Source: an uncultured Spirochaetota bacterium (lineage in GTDB: Bacteria; Spirochaetota; Spirochaetia; SZUA-6; Fen-1364). Taken from it: a stretch of 64,000 nucleotides of DNA. Positions within the stretch are counted from its first letter, which is position 1, and every line of letters starts with the position of its first letter. Shown here piece after piece: positions 37,934 through 48,616 of the stretch. A program made the translations under genes and the position numbers. The stretch covers positions 32,001 to 96,000 of the forward strand of contig CAVUXE010000028.1 of the NCBI GenBank assembly GCA_963745235.1, given 5' to 3'. A model generated the notes under the pieces. That model was not told the origin of the DNA, did not search any database, and saw nothing but the letters and a program-made list of their open reading frames with translations.

Positions 37934-39265
37934 CTATATGAGGGCCCGGTAAGGATTCTCCAGCAGGGCCACCAGCTTCTGCAGAAAGAGCGCGCCTTGC
38001 GCGCCGTCGATCACCCGGTGGTCCACCGAAAGGCTCAGCGTCATGAGCTTGCGCTCCTTTGGCTGACCCGCGTCCAGGTAGACTTCCGTTCGTGCCGCGT
38101 TGACCCCAAGGATGGCTCCTTCGGGGGGGTTGATGAGCGGCGTGAAAGACGTGATTCCGTACATGCCGAGATTGCTCACGGTGAAAGTGCCGCCCGTCAT
38201 CTCATCCGGGGTGAGCTTGCGCTCGCGAGCTCGCGTGACGATGCCGGCGGACTGCGCTGCGAGGACCGAAAGAGTGAGCTTGTCCGCTCCGCGGATCACC
38301 GGCACGATCAGGCCGGTTTCCAGGGCAACAGCCATGCCGAGGTTCACGGCGTTATGCTGCACTATTTCCTGGCCGTCGATGCTGCACAGCATGTACGGAG
38401 CTTCCACCAGGGCCGCGGCTGTTGCCTTCATGACGAAATCATTCACTGTGATGGCGAGGCCGGCCTCCGCGTTGATCCTGCTTCGAAAGGCAAACAGAGA
38501 GGTCACATCCGCCTGCGTGTCCAGCGTGAACTGGGGAATGGTGAGATGGCTCTCCACCATGCGTTGGGTGATGATTTTTCGCGCTCCGGTCAGCGGCGTA
38601 CGAGTGGCATCGGGCTGCGGATGCTCAGCAACCGCTCGCGCCACATCCTGTCGAAGGATCCTTCCCCCCGGACCGGTTCCCGTCAAAGTGGTCGGATCGA
38701 TTCCCTCCTGCTGCGCAACCTTGCGTGCCAGAGGTGAGACACTTGCGGTACGACGAGCGCCTGCGAGGGCTTCCACGTCCCGACGCCGTATCTCGCCTTC
38801 GGGGCCGGTTGGCGTCGCGGCCTCCAGTGCCACATCCAGCTCTCTGGCGCGCATGCGCGCGGCAGGGGTAGCCATGAGCTTGCCGGCCGCGGCAGGGGGG
38901 GCTTGCGCTGTCGGAGGGGCTGGAACTGCTTGGGCAAGTGTGGCTTGGGCCGGCGCGGAGCCTGGTGACGATTGGGCTGGCGCAGAGGCTGGCGAGGGAG
39001 CTGGCGAATCCGTGGGCGGCTTCTCGCCCTTTGCGCCGATGAACCCGATCTGCTCGGTCACCGCCACCTCGTCTCCCGGCTTGCGCAGGATCGCAATGAG
39101 GTATCCCGAGACCTCCGCCTCGACGTCCATCGCCACCTTGTCTGTCTGGATCTCCAGGAGCGGCTCCCCGGCTGTGACAGGGTCTCCGACATTCTTGAAC
39201 CACCTGATGATGGTTCCTGTCTCCATTGCCATGCCCGCCTTGGGCATGATCACTCTCGTTGCCAT
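37934..39265 (-). CDS. acoC: Dihydrolipoamide acyltransferase E2 (one lipoyl domain, two E3/E1-binding domains)
   Basis: QTDKV lipoyl Lys; two PSBD repeats (ATPAAR..TGPEGEI..DV and SPLARK..TGPGGRI..DV); DHRVIDG. Confidence 0.85.
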   Translation of the reverse strand: MATRVIMPKAGMAMETGTIIRWFKNVGDPVTAGEPLLEIQTDKVAMDVEAEVSGYLIAILRKPGDEVAVTEQIGFIGAKGEKPPTDSPAPSPASAPAQSSPGSAPAQATLAQAVPAPPTAQAPPAAAGKLMATPAARMRARELDVALEAATPTGPEGEIRRRDVEALAGARRTASVSPLARKVAQQEGIDPTTLTGTGPGGRILRQDVARAVAEHPQPDATRTPLTGARKIITQRMVESHLTIPQFTLDTQADVTSLFAFRSRINAEAGLAITVNDFVMKATAAALVEAPYMLCSIDGQEIVQHNAVNLGMAVALETGLIVPVIRGADKLTLSVLAAQSAGIVTRARERKLTPDEMTGGTFTVSNLGMYGITSFTPLINPPEGAILGVNAARTEVYLDAGQPKERKLMTLSLSVDHRVIDGAQGALFLQKLVALLENPYRALI

Positions 39266-39278
39266 CGCGCGGCTCCCG

Positions 39279-40256
39279 TTACCTGAGAAGGTCCCGAGCC
39301 GCCCGCTCGATCTTCTCAGGGGTCGGTACGGCATTGCGCTCGAGGTTCGGATTGTACGGGATGGGAATGTCGAAACCTGCCACCCTCCTGATGGGCGCAT
39401 CCAGGTGATAGAAAGCCTTGCTGTCGGCCACCACAGCGGCGATCTCTCCCCCGTAGCCGGCGGTCTGCACCGCTTCGTGCACGATGAGAAGCCGGCCCGT
39501 CTTGATGACGCTCTGGATAATGGCTTCCTTGTCCAGTGGAACGAGCGTCCGGGGATCAAGAACTTCAATGCTCTTTCCTTCCGCGGCGAGCTTCTCAGCA
39601 ACCTCCAGGCACATGGCAACCATGCGGCCCCACGTGACGATGGTGAGGTCCGTTCCCTCCCGCTTCACGTCTGCCTGGCCGAGGGGAATCGTATATTCCT
39701 CCTGGGGAACCGGCCCCTTCTTTCTATAGAGAAGCTTCTGCTCCAGAAACACCACGGGGTTGTTGTCCCGGATAGCGCTCTTCAGGAGCCCTTTTGCATC
39801 ATAGGGAGTGGAAGGAATCACCACCTTCAGGCCGGGAATGTGACAGTAGAGGGCTTCCTGGCTCTGGGAATGCTGCGCTGCCGCGCCTGTTCCCGAGCCG
39901 GCCGGTGCGCGAACAACCATGGGCACCTGGGCGCGCCCTCCGAACATGTAGCGCATCTTTGCTGCCTGGTTGCCAAGCTGGTCCAACCCGATGGCAATGA
40001 AATCGCTGAACTGGATCTCGGCGATCGGGCGACTTCCTGTTACCGCCGCACCCGCGGCTGCGCCAATTATCGCCGCCTCAGAGATGGGGGTGTCCCGCAC
40101 GCGCTCGGGCCCGAACTCTTCGATCATCCCCACCGAGACGCCGAAGGCTCCGCCGTAGACGCCGATGTCCTCCCCCATGAAGAAGACGTTCCTGTCCCGG
40201 CGCATTTCCTCGCTCATGGCCTCGCGGATGGCCTCCGCGTACGTTATCTCCCGCAT
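39279..40256 (-). CDS. acoB: Acetoin/pyruvate dehydrogenase E1 beta subunit
   Basis: GEDIG.YGG.F, DTPISE, EIQFSDF, NQAAK.RYMFGG and AAQHSQS. Confidence 0.88.
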   Translation of the reverse strand: MREITYAEAIREAMSEEMRRDRNVFFMGEDIGVYGGAFGVSVGMIEEFGPERVRDTPISEAAIIGAAAGAAVTGSRPIAEIQFSDFIAIGLDQLGNQAAKMRYMFGGRAQVPMVVRAPAGSGTGAAAQHSQSQEALYCHIPGLKVVIPSTPYDAKGLLKSAIRDNNPVVFLEQKLLYRKKGPVPQEEYTIPLGQADVKREGTDLTIVTWGRMVAMCLEVAEKLAAEGKSIEVLDPRTLVPLDKEAIIQSVIKTGRLLIVHEAVQTAGYGGEIAAVVADSKAFYHLDAPIRRVAGFDIPIPYNPNLERNAVPTPEKIERAARDLLR

Positions 40257-40272
40257 TCCATTTCCCCTGTCG

Positions 40273-41280
40273 TCATTCGGCATAGACGTCGGTGGTGAGC
40301 TCGTCGATCGACGGCTCGGGGCACGACTCTGCGTAGGCCACGGCCTCCTCTATGCTCTGCCTGCCCTGGCTTTCCAGCTCCAAAAGCTGTGCGTCGGTGA
40401 ATTGACCGCCCTCAAGGAGCCGCGCTCGCATGCGCGGGATCGGGTCCCGCTCCTTCCATTCGGCGATTTCCTCTTTCGTGCGATAGCGGTTTGCATCACT
40501 TTTCGAATGGCCTGTGTAGCGATACGTCTCTGCTACGATCAGGACGGGTCCGTTCTTGATGACATGCTGTCGGGCTTCCGCGACCGCCGTGAAGACGGCA
40601 AAGACGTCATTTCCGTCCACGCGTTTTCCCGGAATCCCATAGGCGCGCGCACGCTCGGAGAGATCCGCCAGGTTGGTGGACTTGTGGATGCTCATCGACA
40701 TGCCGTACTGGTTGTTCTCACATATGTAGATCACGGGAAGCTTCCATACCGAGGCCAGGTTCACAGACTCGTGGAACGTGCCCTCGTTGATGGCACCGTC
40801 CCCGAAGAAGCAGACCACCACCTTCTCCTCACCGCGGAGCTTGACAGTGATGCCTGCGCCTGTGGCAATGGGGATTCCTCCCCCTACCACACCGTTGGCG
40901 CCGAGGTTTCCCCGGGAAAGGTCAGCGATGTGCATGGAGCCGCCCTTCCCTCTGCAGTACCCGTCCTCTTTGCCGAGAAGCTCTGCCATCATCCGCTTGA
41001 GGTCGATGCCCTTCGCGATGGTGTGCCCGTGCCCCCGGTGCGTGCTCGCGATGATGTCATCATCCCGAAGGGCGGCAATGGCGCCGACCGCGGTGCCTTC
41101 TTCGCCGATGTACAGGTGGGTCGTGCCGTGGACCATTCCGCGGGAGAAGAAGTATGCGACCTTCTCTTCGAATGCGCGAATCTGCAGCATCTTCAGGTAC
41201 ATGTCCTGGAGGCGGCCCCGGGGGATTTCCGGTGCGCCTTTCCGTGCGCCGACCGCCGCGCGGCTGGAAACAGTGGGCAT
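40273..41280 (-). CDS. acoA: Acetoin/pyruvate dehydrogenase E1 alpha subunit
   Basis: [32 protein letters not shown] and YR..GHS.SD. Confidence 0.88.
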   Translation of the reverse strand: MPTVSSRAAVGARKGAPEIPRGRLQDMYLKMLQIRAFEEKVAYFFSRGMVHGTTHLYIGEEGTAVGAIAALRDDDIIASTHRGHGHTIAKGIDLKRMMAELLGKEDGYCRGKGGSMHIADLSRGNLGANGVVGGGIPIATGAGITVKLRGEEKVVVCFFGDGAINEGTFHESVNLASVWKLPVIYICENNQYGMSMSIHKSTNLADLSERARAYGIPGKRVDGNDVFAVFTAVAEARQHVIKNGPVLIVAETYRYTGHSKSDANRYRTKEEIAEWKERDPIPRMRARLLEGGQFTDAQLLELESQGRQSIEEAVAYAESCPEPSIDELTTDVYAE

Positions 41281-41336
41281 TGTCGACCTCGACTCTCTCA
41301 AGGGGCGCGATACACAGGTGAAATTTCTTGCACCCC

Positions 41337-41385
41337 TTGCAATTTATTACGTTTACAGGGTATCCTTGCGCCATGGCGGTGTCAA
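41337..41385. promoter_or_regulatory. Overlapping opposite-strand sigma70 promoters for acoA (minus) and the regulator (plus)
   Basis: Minus: TTGACA 41380-41385, 17 nt, TACCCT 41357-41362. Plus: TTGCAA 41337-41342, 18 nt, TATCCT 41361-41366. Confidence 0.55.
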
Positions 41386-42386
41386 GGGCCAGGGGAAAGC
41401 TGCGGGATGATGAGGCGGGATCCAGGATCGGGCAACTGGTGAAGATCTCGCGGCTCTATCACCTGGAGGACGTCAGCCAGCGGCAGATTGCGGAGAGGCT
41501 CAGCGTTTCCACCGCGAGCGTCTCCCGGGCTCTCGCGCAGGCGAAGGAATTGGGGATCGTCCAAGTTACCATCAATGAGAGCATCGCCACCTCATATGCG
41601 GAGCTGGAAATCGAAATGGAGCGGCGTTTCGACCTTCGTGAATGCCTGCTCGTGGGACGCTTCGACAAGCGGGAGCAGACCTATGGCGCTCTGGCAGGCA
41701 AGGTAGGCACGCTCCTGTCGCGGATTCTCACGCCGGGGAGCACACTGGGCCTGTCCTGGGGAGAGACTCTCAAAGCAATCGGGGAGAACCTGCCTTCCCT
41801 GCCCACCGTGCGCGCGGACGTCGTTCCCATCATCGGCGCCATGGGAAAGATCGAGACAGGCGTCTACCCGAACAGCATTGCCCGCACCTTTGCGGACAAG
41901 ATGGGAGGCAGCGCGTACCTCGTCAACACGCCGGCTATTGTCGACAATCCGCAGACCCGCGCTTCCATCATGGCTGACAGCAACTTCGAACAGGTGCGCA
42001 AGCTGTGGCGGCGCCTGACCGCCGTGATTCTCGGGGTGAGCGGCCTGGGGGCGGACACCTCCGCCTATCGCGGCGGCATTTTTAATCGGAACGACCTTGC
42101 CGTGATGCGCTCCCGCGGCGGCGTGTGCGCAACCAATTTCATCATCCTTGATTCGGAAGGCCGCCCGGTATCAACTCCGCTCTCGGAGAGGATCGTCTGT
42201 CTCTCCGTGCCAGAGATGAGGAACCTCCGCAACGTAGTGATCGTAGCAGCGGGGGACAACAAGATCGTGCCGCTGCGCGCAGCCCTCAAGAGCAGGCTCG
42301 CCCACGTGCTGGTAACAGACGTCTCCTGCGCGCTGGCCCTCCTGGGAACCGGCTTGCAGGCGAAGGGAAGTGCTCAAAAGCTGTAG
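41373..42386 (+). CDS. SorC/DeoR-family sugar-binding transcriptional regulator
   Basis: LYH...SQ.QIA..L.VS...VSR.L..A...GIV.V.I, GLSWGET and LVTD. Confidence 0.88.
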   Translation: MAVSRARGKLRDDEAGSRIGQLVKISRLYHLEDVSQRQIAERLSVSTASVSRALAQAKELGIVQVTINESIATSYAELEIEMERRFDLRECLLVGRFDKREQTYGALAGKVGTLLSRILTPGSTLGLSWGETLKAIGENLPSLPTVRADVVPIIGAMGKIETGVYPNSIARTFADKMGGSAYLVNTPAIVDNPQTRASIMADSNFEQVRKLWRRLTAVILGVSGLGADTSAYRGGIFNRNDLAVMRSRGGVCATNFIILDSEGRPVSTPLSERIVCLSVPEMRNLRNVVIVAAGDNKIVPLRAALKSRLAHVLVTDVSCALALLGTGLQAKGSAQKL

Positions 42387-42389
42387 CTG

Positions 42390-44629
42390 CTACTCGGTCA
42401 TCCGCGAGGTCAGACCCATCTTCTCCAGGAGATGGGTGAATGCCGATTCAGAGCGCAGGCTTGCCCACATGGGGCGAACATTGACGGAGAGAACCGCGCT
42501 GCCGGCGCGTTCCTCGTAGGCTTTTCCAAGCCACCGAATCGCCTCTGCCTTTTCCTGCAAGCCGCAGTGCACCAAAGCGAAGGCGATTGGAGGGACGTAC
42601 TTTCGCTTTGATTCTTCCTGCAGTTCCTTCAGAAGGGCGCGCGCTTCTTCGGTTCGTTCCAGGCGCGCACAGGCAAATCCGAGGTGGGCCTTCACCAGTA
42701 CCGCTCCACGGGAGAGCGAGGCTGCTTTTTGAAGGACCTTGATCGCATCCTCGTATCTTGACTTTTGATAGTAGGCTTCCGCGAGGTTGCGGTACGCGGG
42801 AAGAAAGTCTTTATCGATCTTGAACATCCTCTCGCACGCCTCCACGGATTTGTCGAAATCATTCGCGCAGTTGAAGATGGTCGCGGCGCAGCTGTTGACA
42901 TCCAAGGCAAGGGGGTTGAGCTCCTGCGCCCTGGCAATCTCGGCAACTGCCTCGTCCAATCTCCCCACGCACGCAAGATAGACGCCGTACGAATTGCAGA
43001 CCTTCCCGTAATTGGGATTCAGGTCCAGGGCGCGCTCAAACTCCTTCTCCGCCGCGGCTTGATCATAGTAGTAGGTTGTCATGACTGCCCCGAGTGTGGC
43101 GTGCGCCTCGGCAAGGGAGTCATCCAGGTCAAGAGCGCTCCGCGCAAGCTGTTCCGCCTTGAGAAAGCTCTCCTTCGGGGACAAGTAGCCTTCCTCTCCC
43201 ATCAGATCGTAGCACTCGGCCAATCCGGCATAGGCAGGAGCAAAATGGGGATCCTCCTTCAACGCCTCCTGGAAGTTCCGTATTGCGCTCCAAAAGGAGG
43301 CCTCCGTCCCCTTTGCGCGATCATGAAGACCTTTCAGGTACAAGTTGTATGACTTCAGGTTGCGCGTTGCCACTCTTTCGATCCTTTCGCGCTCCTGATC
43401 CAGGATGTGAATGCGCAGGGCCTGGGCAACCTTGTCGGCGATGTCGCTCTGAATCGCGAACACATCTTCCAGCTGCCTGTCGTAGTCCTGCGACCAGAGG
43501 TGCTCGTCACTGGCAACGTCGACGAGGTGCATGCTGATGCGCACCCGGTTGCCCACTTTTCTGACGCTCCCTTCGACCACGGAGCCCACATGGAGCTCCA
43601 CGGCGATCTCGGTCACCGATTTGTCTGTTGCCTTGAACCTCATTGCAGACGCGCGCGAAATGGTCCTCAGGCCCCCGATTTTTGATACCGCCGATATCAG
43701 CTCTTCTGTCAGGCCGTCCGCGAAATACTCGTCATCGGGGTTCGGGCTGATGTTCGCCAGAGGCAATACCGCAATCCGCTTCTTCGTGGTCAGGCTCCCC
43801 GCTGGAGCCTGAGCGGCAGGCTCTTGGACTTTTCTCCGAGATTCGTCAACGAAAGCCGGCGGATCCGGCATCCGCCCCTGGGCGATGGATTCCGCCAGAC
43901 GCACGGTCTCCTGCTGGGGTTCGTCTTTCAGCTCCTTTTCCAGCAGCCTGCGGCACTCCTCGAACTGGCGCTTTGCCGCCGCCCGATTTCCCTCCCAGGC
44001 ATAAAGCCGCATGAGCGTGGCGTGAGCCGCTTCGTCCAGAGGGTCGAGGCCGAGCCGTTCATAGGCATAGCCGAGTGCGGACTGGAAAATCGCCGGCAGC
44101 CGCGGTGCACAGCACCAGCCGATCCAGGATTTGCGTTGCCTCGAGCCGGTATTTCTCCGTAGTGAAAAGCTGCCAGTCATCGAAGTCTACGCTGTCTTTC
44201 AACGTGAAACCGAGGAGGAACTCGCCTCGGTACAGCCTCGCGGCTTCCTTCAACAGGGGAAGGCATTGCCGGCATATCGTCTGCTGCGCGTGAGCATGGC
44301 CACCGGCAAGGGCAAGCAGCTCTTTGCACCTGGACAGATCAATCCAGGTGTTCGGTGATCCAGTCAAGCTGACGGCTTCCCGCTCCGCGTGAAGGAACTC
44401 CCGGCCCAGAGAACTTCGAAGCGTTGAAAGCGTGCGACGCAGCGCAGAGTGTCCTTCTGCGCGGCCGTAGCGTGACCACAGCAGGGTGACCAGGGTGTCA
44501 CGGCTGGCAGGTCTCCCGACCACGGACAGGTAGGCCATGAGGGCAACCGCTTTCCGAGTGTCGAAATGAACGGGAGCCCCGCTCCACGGACGGCGGACCC
44601 AGAAAGGCCAGTCGAACCTTCGCCATCAT
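42390..44629 (-). CDS. SARP-family regulator: OmpR-type wHTH + BTAD + TolB_N-like + TPR repeats (frameshifts near 44580 and 44080)
   Basis: RLAFLGPP, RKAVALMAYL..RDTL..LLW, LYRGEFL.GF..FDDW, LDPLDE.AH..LM..YA, IAVLPL.NISP..DEYFADGLTEELI, then TPRs. Confidence 0.85.
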
Positions 44630-44681
44630 CCTTTTCTCTGGTCTTTAATATACTAGCCGAACCGTTGCACGACGAATGAGA

Positions 44682-44754
44682 CGTCACGAAACCTGCCTCG
44701 CGTCGTAACGCGGCCGTAACGCACGTCTTCCCGATCCGTCACGATGGCGTAACG
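44682..44754. repeat. Phased heptamer array CGT(A/C)ACG x5, a candidate SARP binding site
   Basis: Copies start at 44682, 44704, 44715, 44737 and 44748 (spacings 22, 11, 22, 11). Confidence 0.8.
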
Positions 44755-44820
44755 TCGCCCATCGCATAAAGGGACATCGAGAGTCGAGCCCAACGTCGAC
44801 CACGAAGGGAGATTATCGCT

Positions 44821-45081
44821 ATGAGCAGCGTCGATATAGCTTCTGTCCTTCCGGCCCGGGATTCCCAGAGCGTCCGTCGCTTTGCCCTTTCCTCCGGCGA
44901 GCTTCACCGGATAGCGCGTGGCGTACGGCACGTACGCGTTCTGTCCGGCAAAGCATGGATCACCGAGGATGGACGCGACATGATTGGCACCCCTGGCAGC
45001 TGCATCCAGCTGACTCGAGCCAGGCATTCGACTCTGGTTTCCGGGCTCGGCGGCCAGCCGCTTCTGTTCGAGGTCTGGTAG
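44821..45081 (+). CDS. Small DUF2917-like beta-strand protein
   Basis: L..GE....., VRVLSGKAWIT.DG.D....G pattern; GGGAGA RBS. Confidence 0.65.
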   Translation: MSSVDIASVLPARDSQSVRRFALSSGELHRIARGVRHVRVLSGKAWITEDGRDMIGTPGSCIQLTRARHSTLVSGLGGQPLLFEVW

Positions 45082-45464
45082 GTCTCACCGGCCGCGCCGT
45101 GCAGTCGGTGTGTCCCCACAGGGACTACTTGCTTGTCTTTAGAACGACGTAGACAACGGGAGGCGCAGATCCGCCAAAACCTGATTCTTCGATCAGCGAC
45201 CGAAGCGCGACGCCGGCAAACATTCGCTGTCCCTGGTCGTGGGGGCCTTCGGCAGCCGTGGGGTTCCTGCGCAGTGACACCATTTCCCCTTGGGGTATCA
45301 GGGACCCGAAAGCCTGCTCTGGCACATCACTGAGGCCTCCGACTTTGGCCCGTCGAGCGCTTGAGCAGGGCCGCAACATCGGCTCTTGGGATCCGGTATT
45401 TCCTCCCCAGGAGCCGGATCAGGGAGTCCCGTCGCAGAGAATTAGGACATCGAGACGTTGTGAC

Positions 45465-46505
45465 CTACTCGTAGCCGCCATAACGATGTACCGTGTCGAC
45501 CATCATTCGATAGTTCTCAGGCTTGACCCCGGAGTGGATAGACGCAGCTGCCATCAGAATGTATCCTCCCCCGGCTGCGGTTTCTTCGATTGTCTTGCGC
45601 GTCATTCTTTGAACCTCTTCCGGGTTGCCCCGGGACAGCAGATCCGTGCTTATGTTCCCCGCGAAAGCCACACGATAGCCGAAAATCTTCTTTGCAATGC
45701 TGATGTCCATCTGATCTTCCGGCGCCAGGGGATGGATGACATCCACGCCGGTGCTCACAATCTGATCCAAGATCCGCCAGATATTTCCGTGAGAGTGGTA
45801 GAACACATATGCCCTGCGGTCCTTGATGGCTTGTGCCGCGGCTCTCAGGCGCGGAATGTGGATCTCTGTCAGGATGCGCGGGTCGATGAAAGTCCCCGTC
45901 TTGAATCCAAGGTCGCCATTTATGATGATCATTTCCGCGCCCAGGTCCACGGCTTTTCTAGCCACGTCGATGATCCAATCGGTTACCACCGCGTATGCGC
46001 CCGTGAGAAGCTCACGATCCTGGCTGACGCTCAGCAGAAAATTCTGGAAACCGAGGAGACACTTGGTCGTCTCGAACATATCGACAATGTTGTATGTGAT
46101 GAGCTTGCTTCCCTTGAACCTTTTCACATATTCCTGGAGGATTGCGTACCTGTGCGGGCGGCTCGGGTCGGGAGGGCAGTAGTTTGCAAGCTCGGACAGA
46201 GACCCTACGGGGGCGCCTTCTTCGACCGGGAAGGCTGACATTTCGACGGTGGCCTTTCGCGTCACGCCCCATTCGTCAACGAACAGTTCGCCGGGCGTCC
46301 GTGCTTTCAGGCCTTTGGCGTAGCCGCCCATGGACGGCTCCCATGCCGTAATCGCGTCCAGGTCAAGCTCCTCTACCACGTCGGCATACTCTCCCCCCGG
46401 GCAGAGTCGCTGCGCGACTTTCTGATCAATGGCATACTCGAAAGTCGGGACGCGGTCAGGCATTTCCCTTTGAATCGCCTTGCACATTCTTTCCCGCGAT
46501 GTCAT
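45465..46505 (-). CDS. URO-D/MtaA-CmuA family protein
   Basis: MTSRER...A...E.PDRVP, DEWG, GDLGFKTG, YHSHGN, GNIS and GGYIL....IH..V..ENY; AGGAGA RBS. Confidence 0.88.
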   Translation of the reverse strand: MTSRERMCKAIQREMPDRVPTFEYAIDQKVAQRLCPGGEYADVVEELDLDAITAWEPSMGGYAKGLKARTPGELFVDEWGVTRKATVEMSAFPVEEGAPVGSLSELANYCPPDPSRPHRYAILQEYVKRFKGSKLITYNIVDMFETTKCLLGFQNFLLSVSQDRELLTGAYAVVTDWIIDVARKAVDLGAEMIIINGDLGFKTGTFIDPRILTEIHIPRLRAAAQAIKDRRAYVFYHSHGNIWRILDQIVSTGVDVIHPLAPEDQMDISIAKKIFGYRVAFAGNISTDLLSRGNPEEVQRMTRKTIEETAAGGGYILMAAASIHSGVKPENYRMMVDTVHRYGGYE

Positions 46506-46545
46506 TCTTCATCTCCTGTAGGATCCCGTACGCAACACTCGTGTG

Positions 46546-46624
46546 ATTATAGGCGCACGATGACCCCGACGCAACCGCGGAGCGGGAAATCGTTCCTTCA
46601 TCAGTCGCGCGACTGTGCTATACT
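46546..46624. promoter_or_regulatory. Divergent promoters for the URO-D gene and the lactonase
   Basis: Minus: TTGCGT (46569-46574), 17 nt, TATAAT (46546-46551). Plus: extended -10 TGcTATACT (46616-46624). Confidence 0.6.
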
Positions 46625-46659
46625 TGGGCAAACTTTCCGTTGCAGAAAGGAGACCACAC

Positions 46660-47558
46660 GTGGAGATCGAGCATGCCGTTTCCGTGTCAAATCACCTCGG
46701 AGAGGGACCAATCTGGCATCAGACCGAACAAAGGCTGTATTGGGTTGATGCCACCAACAACTCCTATTTGACCCTTGAGCCCTCGACCGGCAAGGTCGAG
46801 CGTAATGACGTGGGGCGTTTCACGATTTCGGTTGCCTTCTGTGATAACGGAAAACTGCTGGTGGCCACAGATACTGAGCTGACATACTGGGATCCGCGCT
46901 CCAGGACCTCCGAGCTCATCGCGACCGGTTCGTTTGATGCCGGCGCAGTGCGTTTCAACGACGGAAAGGTTGACCCGGCCGGCGGTACTTCATCGGCACG
47001 ATGCACCGCGTTGAGAATATGCCCCTTGGCGGGCTCTATCGACTGACGGCTCACGGGGATTTTTCGCAGGTCGAATGGAACATCACGACTTCCAACGGTC
47101 TGGGCTGGAGCCCCGACGGGCTGAAGCTCTACTATACAGATTCAATCCGGAAAGCGATTTACCGTTATGACTACGACAGGGAGAGCGGGGCGATAGCAAA
47201 TAGAGAGGTCCTCATTGATTCACAGGAGGAGGACGGGGTGCCTGACGGCCTCGCAGTCGATTCTGAGGGATGCATCTGGAGCGCCCGGTTCAATGGATGG
47301 AATGTAACGCGGTATGACCCGAATGGAAAAAAGATTGTCACTCTGCGGGCTCCTGTCGCAAAGCCAACCAGCTGCACGTTTGGGGGAGCGAACCTTCAGG
47401 ACCTGTACATCACCACGGCGCGATACGGTCTTGATGAAGCACACCTCGGAAAGTTTCCTCAGAGCGGAGACCTGTTCGTCTGCCACACAGGCGTCAGGGG
47501 CCAGATCGAGCGTTCTTTCAGCCGCGCCCGTGTGCCCCTTCCCCGTTGGACCCGGTAG
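46660..47558 (+). CDS. SMP-30/gluconolactonase family sugar lactonase (frameshift, missing G near 46982)
   Basis: LGEGP.W, RFNDGKVDP.G, SNGLGWSPD, PDGLAVD.EG and TSCTFGG; GTG start with AAGGAG RBS. Confidence 0.88.
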
Positions 47559-47587
47559 AGAAAGATCTTCCGGCTCCGCTCTCTCCT

Positions 47588-48571
47588 TCAGGCTTCAGAC
47601 CTCTCGGGCGGATAGTCTTCCTTCAGGCGCTCGAAAAGAGCTTCAAGGGCGGAAGAGCCGGTGTACAGGGCTTCGTTACCCTCCGGCCAGGAGTGTCCTT
47701 CGATCACGTAGCCGTCATCCGCAAAGAGTACGTTTCCCGTGAGATGCCGCTGGTCCACGCAGAGAGCCGTCAGCGTCTCCGCTACACCCTCGGGGCTCGC
47801 GAACCGCTTGGTTGGAGTATGCGCGAGGATGCTCTTGGCCCTTGGCTTGAACCTGCCATCGGGTCCCTTGAGGAGAGCCGAGTTCAGATCAGTTTCCACT
47901 GTTCCCGGGGCAACGCCGTTCACCCGCACACCAAACGGCGCCAACTGGGCTGCTGCCGTCTTGATGAGGCCTTCCACTGCATGCTTGGTCGCGTTGTACG
48001 CGTAGACGCCGTAGAGCGAGCATCGACTCCCCGAGGAGCAGAGATGGATAATGTGTCCGCGTCGCTGCGGTATCATCTGGCGGGCCGCATTCAGTGTGAC
48101 AATGAATGCCCCGTTCAGGTTGATGTCATTCACTTTCCGGAAAGTCGCCACCATGTCGTCGGGATTGTCTTTATACAGGTCGAAGGGTTGATGAGATACT
48201 CCAGCGAAGTTCACCACCACATCGATCCGACCGAATCTTTCCTTGACGTGCTCGAGAGTTTTCGCAACATCGGCGGGTGAGGTAACGTCTCCCGCGTACC
48301 ATTCCGCGGGGACAGCAGGGTTGATGCCTCTGACATTCCTAACTATCCTTTCAGCCTTTGCCCCAGCCTCCGCTTGGCGGACAGGGTCCGAGGGGAGGAC
48401 GTCCGACAGGAGCGGAACAGCGCCGCAGGCGGCAGCAGCGTAGTGGAACGTTTCCGCAAGATTTCCCGCCCCCCCGAAGGACAAAATCACCTTGTGATCC
48501 AGATTCACTCCCCGAGGCCAATCGAATGAGAATTTTCTTATCTGCGGGTCTTGGACAGCTATCACCTGCAT
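47588..48571 (-). CDS. Short-chain dehydrogenase/reductase (SDR)
   Basis: GGAGNLA, DV, NFAG, S...YNATK, VRVN.VAPG and TG.VL..D.G. Confidence 0.85.
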   Translation of the reverse strand: MQVIAVQDPQIRKFSFDWPRGVNLDHKVILSFGGAGNLAETFHYAAAACGAVPLLSDVLPSDPVRQAEAGAKAERIVRNVRGINPAVPAEWYAGDVTSPADVAKTLEHVKERFGRIDVVVNFAGVSHQPFDLYKDNPDDMVATFRKVNDINLNGAFIVTLNAARQMIPQRRGHIIHLCSSGSRCSLYGVYAYNATKHAVEGLIKTAAAQLAPFGVRVNGVAPGTVETDLNSALLKGPDGRFKPRAKSILAHTPTKRFASPEGVAETLTALCVDQRHLTGNVLFADDGYVIEGHSWPEGNEALYTGSSALEALFERLKEDYPPERSEA

Positions 48572-48616
48572 GGTTCGTTCCTTTGTCAAACCGTCGATGG
48601 CGGATTGACGGCGACC

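Noticed and set aside
38880-39030. Low-complexity Pro/Ala-rich repeat-like DNA
   Set aside because: Ordinary flexible linker of the E2 subunit
38100-40298. 732-aa plus-strand ORF (similarly 7924-9576, 12667-14286, 24830-26359, 59596-61077)
   Set aside because: Antisense shadows of well-supported genes, expected in GC-rich DNA; no recognisable motifs
44682-44754. Regular repeats considered as a mini-CRISPR or iterons
   Set aside because: 7-bp units with 4 or 15 bp gaps are far too short, and no cas or rep genes are present; a transcription-factor array fits better
45327-45464. Frame reading ...LLGRKYRIPRADVAALLKR, reminiscent of an excisionase HTH_17 C-terminus
   Set aside because: No start codon, no N-terminal helix motif and no integrase nearby; too short to support
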